From a bacterium UBP6_UBA1196 (lineage in GTDB: Bacteria > UBP6 > UBA1177), in the NCBI GenBank assembly GCA_002310035.1, contig DBYC01000090.1:1-44560 (forward strand): 44,560 nt of DNA, read 5' to 3'. The notes beneath the pieces are model-generated. The model was given only the letters and a program-made list of their open reading frames with translations. It searched no databases and was not told where the DNA came from. The position numbers and the translations under genes were made by a program. Of this stretch, positions 38,097-44,560 are shown in pieces. Numbering within the stretch: the stretch's first letter is position 1; the number at the start of each line of letters is the position of its first letter.

Positions 38097-38980
38097 TCGT
38101 TCCAGTCCTTTACGCGGAAAACGAAAACTGGTATGACGAGGATCCGTTGGCTCCGGTTTCAGACACATCCTGGGGCAACCGCTCGCGTGAACTCAGACAC
38201 GCGATCGATACGCAGAACTGCGGCAAAGGCTGCGGCGCACTGCTCAGCCACAATGCCCATTTCGTGATGAATCCTGCAGCGATAATGCTCAACAAAATGT
38301 TCAGCGTAACTGCGCTTTACCAGTTTGTCGAGGCGATGTCGGTTTCTGTCAGCGATTCGAGCACCTCTGTCGTCGCAGGCGGAATCATGTATTCTTATAA
38401 CTACGGGCTTCACCACATCAAGACAAATTTCGCTTTCCCGATCTGGCCGGAACACATTTTCGGCGGAATAAACATGAACAATTACATCGGAGAATTCGAG
38501 CCAACACAGAATAAGGACACAAACTCCCACTCTTTCGATATCGGAATCACAGGCAAGATAACGAATTTCATCAATTTAGGTTTCGCTGCGCTTGATGTCT
38601 GGACTTTTTACGGCCGCGACATTCCGAGAAAACTGAGCTGGAACGCAGAAATCAACATTAAAAACATGTTTTTCATCAACAACGGCTGGCAGTATCACCT
38701 GCAGCAGGGACGGGAGAAATTTCCCAACAAGCGTACGACACTGAAAGGTTTCGATTTTTATACCGGTTTCGAGTTCAGATATTCGTGGCTTCGCGCCGGA
38801 ATCGGATTCAACAACATCTCTTTCAGCAAGGAACTGACATGGTTTACGACGACAAAAACCATATCTCTGGCCTTCTACAAACCTGGCGCGGGAGGAATTT
38901 ACGGGAACTTTATGTATAACGAATCAAATTATATAACTTTTTCAATAAATGCCGTTTGGGAACCTTCATTCGGCGGTTAA
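38045..38980 (+). CDS. Outer-membrane beta-barrel protein (NPA-hatch, FadL/PorV-like)
   Basis: Signal peptide, MNPAAI motif, amphipathic strands (FDIGIT, FYTGFEFRY, LRAGIGF). TTG start after AGGAG. Confidence 0.6.
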   Translation: MDFICRRKIFFIIAILLIVPVLYAENENWYDEDPLAPVSDTSWGNRSRELRHAIDTQNCGKGCGALLSHNAHFVMNPAAIMLNKMFSVTALYQFVEAMSVSVSDSSTSVVAGGIMYSYNYGLHHIKTNFAFPIWPEHIFGGINMNNYIGEFEPTQNKDTNSHSFDIGITGKITNFINLGFAALDVWTFYGRDIPRKLSWNAEINIKNMFFINNGWQYHLQQGREKFPNKRTTLKGFDFYTGFEFRYSWLRAGIGFNNISFSKELTWFTTTKTISLAFYKPGAGGIYGNFMYNESNYITFSINAVWEPSFGG

Positions 38981-38997
38981 AATTTTACGGGGGAAAA

Positions 38998-39978
38998 ATG
39001 AGAGCTTTATCGGGAATAAAACCGACCGGCACACTGCATCTGGGAAATTATTTCGGTGCAGCGCGCCAGTTCGAGATCATGCAGGGAAAAAATTATGAAG
39101 GTTTTTATTTCATAGCCGATTACCACACTCTGAACACTCTTCCTGATCCGGCAAAACTTACCGAAAACACATGGAATATCGTTCTTGACTACCTCGCTTT
39201 CGGGCTTGATCCGAATAAAAGCGTGATCTTCCTGCAGTCGCTTGTCCCGGAAGTCGCGGAGCTTGCTTTCATTCTCGGCAACTACACGCCGATGGGACTA
39301 ATGCAGCGCGCCCACAGCTACAAGGAAAAAACGGCAAAAGGCGAACTCATCAATGTCGGACTTTTCTACTATCCGCTGCTTATGACAGCCGACATCCTGC
39401 TTTACAAATCGAACATCGTTCCTGTCGGCAAAGACCAGAAACAGCATGTCGAAATCGCCCGGGATATCGCCGAAAAATTCAATCTTTTCTACCAGAAGGA
39501 ACTTTTTGTAATTCCTGAACCGGTCATTCCTGAAAATGTTGCAGTCGTTCCAGGAACAGACGGGCAGAAAATGTCGAAAAGCTACGGCAACACGATCGAA
39601 ATGTTTGCTCCTGATCCTGTCCTGAAAAAACAGATCATGGGGATCGTCACCGACTCCACTCCGCTTGAAGAGCCGAAAGATCCAGAAAAATGCAATGTCT
39701 ACAACATTTACAAGCTGATAGTTTCCGCTGACAAAGCCAAAGAAATGGCTGACAGACTTTCAGCCGGCGGATACGGTTACGGTCACGCAAAAAAAGAGCT
39801 TCTGACGGCAGTCCACGAATTTTTCGATCCGATGCGGGCAAAACGCGCCGAGCTTGAAAAAAACATGGATTATGTAAAAAAAGTTATCGCGGAAGGGAGC
39901 GCAAAAGCGCGTGAAACCGCGGTCGAAACAATAAAGGAAGTCAAACAAACCGTCGGCCTTGTCGGCAATATTTATTAG
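38998..39978 (+). CDS. trpS: Tryptophan--tRNA ligase
   Basis: SGIKPTG.LHLGNY, YPLLMTADIL, VPVGKDQKQH and KMSKS. Confidence 0.97.
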   Translation: MRALSGIKPTGTLHLGNYFGAARQFEIMQGKNYEGFYFIADYHTLNTLPDPAKLTENTWNIVLDYLAFGLDPNKSVIFLQSLVPEVAELAFILGNYTPMGLMQRAHSYKEKTAKGELINVGLFYYPLLMTADILLYKSNIVPVGKDQKQHVEIARDIAEKFNLFYQKELFVIPEPVIPENVAVVPGTDGQKMSKSYGNTIEMFAPDPVLKKQIMGIVTDSTPLEEPKDPEKCNVYNIYKLIVSADKAKEMADRLSAGGYGYGHAKKELLTAVHEFFDPMRAKRAELEKNMDYVKKVIAEGSAKARETAVETIKEVKQTVGLVGNIY

Positions 39979-39987
39979 GAGGATAAA

Positions 39988-41358
39988 ATGAAATTAAACA
40001 AAATTGTTCTTTTTTCTTCAATAATACTGCTTTTTATATCGAATCTTTACGCTGATTTCGCACTGGACGGCAACAGATTCAAGACATCGCCTTTTTCCGA
40101 CGGATTTTTAACGGTCTACGGCTCGGAAGGACTTGAAGAAGGCTTGCTTGGCGTTGATTTCATTCTGAATTTCCAGCATGAACCTCTTACGGTCTCAGGC
40201 GGTAACAAAGTTATCAAAAACCAGCTTGCTTCCGACATATCGATTTCATACAGCGTTGTGAAATGGTTTGATCTCGGCATTTCGCTTCCGGTGATATTTT
40301 TTGAAAACGGCGACAGCTGGAACAAAAAAGATTCGCTTGCGGCTGCCGGTGTCGGCGATCTTAGACTTGTTCCGCGTTTCCAGCTTTTCAGCCTGTTCGA
40401 CAAACACCTTTCGATGTCGGTAATCACCGAAGTCACAGCTCCTACAGGAAGAGAGATCCACTCTGCTCTTGGCAGCAACCAGTTCACTTTCCGGCCGGCA
40501 ATCGCTTTGGGAACGCAGTCGAAATGGATTGACGCGGCTCTCAACCTTTTCTACCATGTTCTTCCGAAACAAACTTTCGCATCGTCGAAATTTGACGATG
40601 AGTTCGGCCTCAAACTCGCACTCAATGTCCATGCCATAGAAAATCTGCTTGATGTAAACGCAGAGTTCCATGCTGCGACCTCGATAGAATCACCTTTCAA
40701 GAACGATGCTCAGGACAACATCGAAATCGGCGGCGGCGTACGCGTCAAAACTCCTGCAAACATTGATGTCATGGCCGGCGCATTCGGCGGTTTCGGTGAT
40801 GCGGCAGGAGTTCCGCAATTCCGCATCTACGCCGGAATTTCCTGGAACATGAATGTCCTTCCGCCGAAAGAAGAAGGCGAAAAAACTGTCAAAAAACTTC
40901 AGAAGAAACAGGATGAGAAACCTGCCGAGCAGCCGAAACAGGAAGAAAAGAAACCTGAAAAGAAGGAAAAGAAAGCTGCTCCGAAGAAAAAAGCTCCGGT
41001 TAAGAGCGCAGCACCTCAGCCGACTGAAAAAACAGGCGAAAAACTTCCTAATGTCGTTAACTTCCTGCATGAGTCCGATTACATCCAGAACCCTGTCGAA
41101 ATCGAGAAAGTAGCTCTCATCCTGACGAAAAACTTCATGCTGAAAATCAGGATCGAAGCTCATACAGACAAGCACGAGAACAAGGTTTACGCTCAGAAAC
41201 GCGCCAATGCCGTAAAGGCTCTGCTTATCAAAAACGGTGTCGAAGCAAAAAGAATTCAGACAAAAACTTTCGGCTCAAGCGAACCTGTATCGACCGGCGA
41301 TACTGAACCCGACATGGTAAAGAACAGAAGAGTCGAGTTCTTCATTGTCACCGACTGA
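39988..41358 (+). CDS. OmpA-family protein: N-terminal beta-barrel, Lys/Glu/Pro-rich linker, C-terminal peptidoglycan-binding domain
   Basis: Signal peptide, GVGDLRLVP, GVPQFRIYAGISW, IEAHTD, RANAVK and NRRVEF. Confidence 0.85.
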   Translation: MKLNKIVLFSSIILLFISNLYADFALDGNRFKTSPFSDGFLTVYGSEGLEEGLLGVDFILNFQHEPLTVSGGNKVIKNQLASDISISYSVVKWFDLGISLPVIFFENGDSWNKKDSLAAAGVGDLRLVPRFQLFSLFDKHLSMSVITEVTAPTGREIHSALGSNQFTFRPAIALGTQSKWIDAALNLFYHVLPKQTFASSKFDDEFGLKLALNVHAIENLLDVNAEFHAATSIESPFKNDAQDNIEIGGGVRVKTPANIDVMAGAFGGFGDAAGVPQFRIYAGISWNMNVLPPKEEGEKTVKKLQKKQDEKPAEQPKQEEKKPEKKEKKAAPKKKAPVKSAAPQPTEKTGEKLPNVVNFLHESDYIQNPVEIEKVALILTKNFMLKIRIEAHTDKHENKVYAQKRANAVKALLIKNGVEAKRIQTKTFGSSEPVSTGDTEPDMVKNRRVEFFIVTD

Positions 41359-41401
41359 CATGTTTACGGCGGGTAAAGCTGTTTTGTAAAGGAGAATTAT
41401 T

Positions 41402-42511
41402 TTGAAAAAACTGATATTTGTTCTGTTTCTGCTTGTCTTTCCTGCATTGGACATATTTTCCGATACTCAGGCCGACAACAAGCTTTTTTACGCCGTGCAG
41501 TCGATGAATGTCGAAAAGACACTCAACGCGCTCAAGGCCGGAGCAAACATAAACGCAGTCGACGACGACGGATGGCCTTTCTTCATCACCGTCGTAAACA
41601 GCGGAAACATAGCCATGCTGGATGTTTTTCTGAGGAAAGGCGTCAAAATAGACATAGCCGGACCTGACGGAAAAACAGCTTTGATGCACGCCCTCTCGTC
41701 GAAAAACAAAAAAATCGTAAACATCCTGATCCGCTCGAAAGCCTCTCTCAGAGCGAAAGACAACTCAGGTAAAACAGTTCTTATGTATGCAGCCGAAGCC
41801 GGGAATCTGGATGTTATCAACAAGGCGATCGCAGCGAAAGCCGATGTCATGGAGCAGGACAAAAAAGGGATGAATGCCCTGAATTACGCCATGACAGGGC
41901 ACGACAAGCAGATAATAAAAATGCTTGGAGCCTACGAAACCAGGCCGCATGATTTCATCATAGCCGTTGAAACAGGCAATACTTCGAAAGCAAGGAAACT
42001 GCTGAAAAGCGGCGTTGACCCGAATCTCAGGAACGAAGCGGGCGAACCGCCTATTTTCGTAGCGATCAGGAACAACGACAAGGCTATGTTGAAACTCCTG
42101 CTTGAAAACAATGCCGATGTCAATTTCAAAAATAAAAAAGGCTACACGATTTTAATGTTCTGTCTTGCTTCGAACAAGATCCAGCTTGCACAGGAACTTC
42201 TCAAAAACGGCGCTCTCGGCGACTTTAACTTCAAATATGCAAAAGGAAGAACCGCCCTGATGATCGCAATACTTTCTAAAGACAGGCGTTTCGTGAAATC
42301 GGTCGCAAAATTCAAACAGGATTTCAATATCACCGACGACTACGGCAAAACCGCCCTTATTTATGCGACGGAAAACGGAATGAGCGAAATCGTCAAAGCG
42401 CTTCTTGAAAAAGGAGCTGACAGAAACATCGCAGGAAAGGACGGAAAAACCGCTCTCGACATCGCGGAAGAGAAAAATCTGAGCTACATAGCAATGATTC
42501 TCAAAAAATAG
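41402..42511 (+). CDS. Exported ankyrin-repeat protein
   Basis: Signal peptide and multiple G.TALM.A...LL..GAD.N repeats. TTG start after AAAGGAG. Confidence 0.88.
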   Translation: MKKLIFVLFLLVFPALDIFSDTQADNKLFYAVQSMNVEKTLNALKAGANINAVDDDGWPFFITVVNSGNIAMLDVFLRKGVKIDIAGPDGKTALMHALSSKNKKIVNILIRSKASLRAKDNSGKTVLMYAAEAGNLDVINKAIAAKADVMEQDKKGMNALNYAMTGHDKQIIKMLGAYETRPHDFIIAVETGNTSKARKLLKSGVDPNLRNEAGEPPIFVAIRNNDKAMLKLLLENNADVNFKNKKGYTILMFCLASNKIQLAQELLKNGALGDFNFKYAKGRTALMIAILSKDRRFVKSVAKFKQDFNITDDYGKTALIYATENGMSEIVKALLEKGADRNIAGKDGKTALDIAEEKNLSYIAMILKK

Positions 42512-42519
42512 AGGATTTC

Positions 42520-42942
42520 ATGCTGACAAAAGATGAAATTCAGGAAATCATTCCGCACAGACCTCCATTTCTGATGATTGACGGAGCAGAAATAACCGAG
42601 CCCGGCAAACACGCGAAAGGTTTCAAAAAAATAACCGGAGAAGAAACTTTTCTGAAAGGTCACTTCCCGGGCGAACCGGTCATGCCCGGAGTCCTCATCA
42701 TAGAAGCTATGGCGCAGCTCGGAGCATTACTGATTCTGAGCACCCCTGAATTTAAAGGGAAAAAAGTTTATTTTACATCAATAGAAAATGTCCGTTTCAG
42801 GAAAAAAGTCGTTCCCGGCGACACCATGGAACTTAATGCTGAAATGATCTCGTTCCGCCACTCATTCGGAACAGGCAGGACCTCAGCTTTTGTAGACGGT
42901 GTGGAAGTCTGCTCAGCCCAGATCGGTTTCTTTGTCGGTTGA
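42520..42942 (+). CDS. fabZ: 3-hydroxyacyl-ACP dehydratase
   Basis: IPHRPPFLMID, GHFPGEPVMPGVLIIEAMAQ and FRKKVVPGD. Confidence 0.96.
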   Translation: MLTKDEIQEIIPHRPPFLMIDGAEITEPGKHAKGFKKITGEETFLKGHFPGEPVMPGVLIIEAMAQLGALLILSTPEFKGKKVYFTSIENVRFRKKVVPGDTMELNAEMISFRHSFGTGRTSAFVDGVEVCSAQIGFFVG

Positions 42943-43365
42943 GATCTTATTAACAAGTCCTTCAAGCGCAGCTGAATAAGTCGCGCTTCCCAAGCCCGTT
43001 ACAACGCCGACAGCGGCATCACTGAGATAAGATTTTCTGCGGAATTCCTCTCTTGCGAAAATATTGGACAAGTGTACTTCGACAAAAGGGATTTTCGAAC
43101 AGAGCAAAGCATCGCGCAAAAGAACGCTCGTATGAGTATAAGCTCCCGGATTTATTACGATCCCGTCACATTTTGCATTGGCCAGAATTTTTGCCAGTTC
43201 ACCTTCGCAATACTCTGAAACGGTTTCGGTTTCAACTCCGAGCGACTTTGCCTTTTCGTAAAACGCACAAAGCAGTTTCTCGCGTGTTCCATTTTTACCG
43301 TAAATCTGCGGTTCCCTTTCACCGATTTTGTCCAGCAGAGGCCCTTCGACAAGCAGAATTTTCAT
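42913..43365 (-). CDS. aroQ: Type II 3-dehydroquinate dehydratase
   Basis: GEREPQIYG, INPGAYTHTS and EVHLSNIFAREEFR. Start MKILLVEGP. Tail-to-tail overlap with fabZ. Confidence 0.9.
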   Translation of the reverse strand: MKILLVEGPLLDKIGEREPQIYGKNGTREKLLCAFYEKAKSLGVETETVSEYCEGELAKILANAKCDGIVINPGAYTHTSVLLRDALLCSKIPFVEVHLSNIFAREEFRRKSYLSDAAVGVVTGLGSATYSAALEGLVNKISTDKETDLG

Positions 43366-43577
43366 ATTTCCACCTCGTTCATTTCGCGCCATTTTATTTC
43401 TGAAAAAATTGAAAGCAGCCATGCCGCATCAGGCGATTTTTCCGCCTTTTCTATCGTCGGAGCTATCTTCGCGATCTCGCTTTCCGGCTTTTTTCCGGCA
43501 AGTTCGTGCGCCATTTCAGCCGCAGCCTCCCAGTTTTTCTGCCTGAGAGCGATAACAATCATTGTTTCAGTAACCAT
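43362..43577 (-). CDS. Small hypothetical helical protein (71 aa)
   Basis: RBS GAGGTG before ATG, ATGA coupling to aroQ, own upstream promoter. Confidence 0.65.
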   Translation of the reverse strand: MVTETMIVIALRQKNWEAAAEMAHELAGKKPESEIAKIAPTIEKAEKSPDAAWLLSIFSEIKWREMNEVEI

Positions 43578-43601
43578 TTTTCACCTCACAGAAAGCAGGG
43601 A

Positions 43602-43629
43602 ATCTTATATTTTTGGAAAAAGTTGTCAA
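43602..43629 (-). promoter_or_regulatory. Putative sigma70 promoter for the hypothetical-aroQ pair
   Basis: Minus strand TTGACA (43629-43624), 16 bp, TAAGAT (43607-43602). Confidence 0.55.
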
Positions 43630-43641
43630 TTTGACTCCGTT

Positions 43642-44517
43642 TTACACAAACGCGAAATAAGAGACTTTTTCCCCGTTTTTTTCAACTATGAGAAAGACTT
43701 TTCCGTTGAATTTGATAAGATTTAGCCCTTCTTCCAAATCGAGATTCAACTTGCTGATCTCGTTGCCGTTTTTGAGATAGTTGAATCCTTCTTCGTCAAC
43801 AGTGCAGGTGTGTTTGCCCGACAGGAATTCGGGGACGGAAAAGATTGCTTTGCAGACATTTTCGGGATCTTCCTTGAGTTCCTCCATCGAAACGGCGTTT
43901 TCAAGTTTGAATGGTCCTACTTCGCGCCGAATGAGCTCGGTTAAAACGGCTCCGCAGCCTAAAAATTCACCGATATCGCCGGCCAAAGTGCGGATGTATG
44001 TTCCTTTCGAGCATCTCACAAAAAACGAAAGTTCATCGGGAGCGGTTTGTGTGATCTCAAGCGACTTTATTTCGACATTTCGAGCCTTCATTTCGGGAGT
44101 TTTGCCGTTTCTCGCCAGTCTGTAAGCCCTTTCGCCATCAATTTTGAGCGCGCTGTAAACTGGCGGAATTTGTTGGATAACTCCTTGAAATTTTTTAACT
44201 ATTTTCTCACAGTCGATAACTTCTGGAACACTGCCTGACTCCACGAGTTCCGTTCCCAGATCCAGACTCGGGCTTGTGAAACCGAGCTTTATCTTTCCTG
44301 AATAAACTTTGTCGAAATCAGTCGCAAGAGAGATAAGTTTCGTCGCCTTGTTCACTGCGACTACGAGAACTCCGCTCGCAAGCGGGTCAAGCGTTCCGCA
44401 GAAACCCGCCTTTTTGATTTTCAGCAGTCTTTTCAGGAAGTTAAGCTCGCCGTTCGAGGAAAAGCCTTTTTGTTTGTTGAGGATGATAAAAAAAGAATCT
44501 TCGGGATTGAAAGTCAT
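43642..44517 (-). CDS. truB: tRNA pseudouridine(55) synthase
   Basis: KAGFCGTLDPLASGVL, QIPPVYSALKIDG.RAY.LAR and CSKGTYIRTL. Confidence 0.94.
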   Translation of the reverse strand: MTFNPEDSFFIILNKQKGFSSNGELNFLKRLLKIKKAGFCGTLDPLASGVLVVAVNKATKLISLATDFDKVYSGKIKLGFTSPSLDLGTELVESGSVPEVIDCEKIVKKFQGVIQQIPPVYSALKIDGERAYRLARNGKTPEMKARNVEIKSLEITQTAPDELSFFVRCSKGTYIRTLAGDIGEFLGCGAVLTELIRREVGPFKLENAVSMEELKEDPENVCKAIFSVPEFLSGKHTCTVDEEGFNYLKNGNEISKLNLDLEEGLNLIKFNGKVFLIVEKNGEKVSYFAFV

Positions 44518-44560
44518 TTTGACTGAAAGACTATTCTTTCGAGAAATTGTCCTTGCTTAC

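Overview
Chromosomal window (moderate GC, dense coding) from a diderm bacterium rich in lipoproteins and Cys-rich surface proteins reminiscent of deltaproteobacteria/myxobacteria (taxon not determinable by eye). Most of it is housekeeping: pssA, namZ-like, hflX, uppS, gap, MFS transporter, uppP, recX, glmM, trpS, fabZ, aroQ, truB. Four things stand out. (1) A 12-kb, nine-gene minus-strand operon (4019-16141) encodes a minimal type IV secretion system (VirB2-B3-B4-B6-B8-B9-B10-like), an outer-membrane beta-barrel and a 1647-aa Ig-like/Cys-rich lipoprotein. No VirB11, VirD4, relaxase, integrase or att repeats are visible in the window. (2) Two MmeI-family (type IIL) R-M genes lie in the same orientation about 27 kb apart, with very similar 3' ends but diverged target-recognition segments. 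(3) The complete R-M gene carries in-frame palindromic insertions, including a GTAG-type REP doublet. (4) An 11-bp motif, TGTTTGTTTAT, recurs just upstream of the T4SS operon, a beta-helix lipoprotein pair and the R-M gene. No rRNA, tRNA or CRISPR array was seen. All calls come from motif reading by eye, without database searches.
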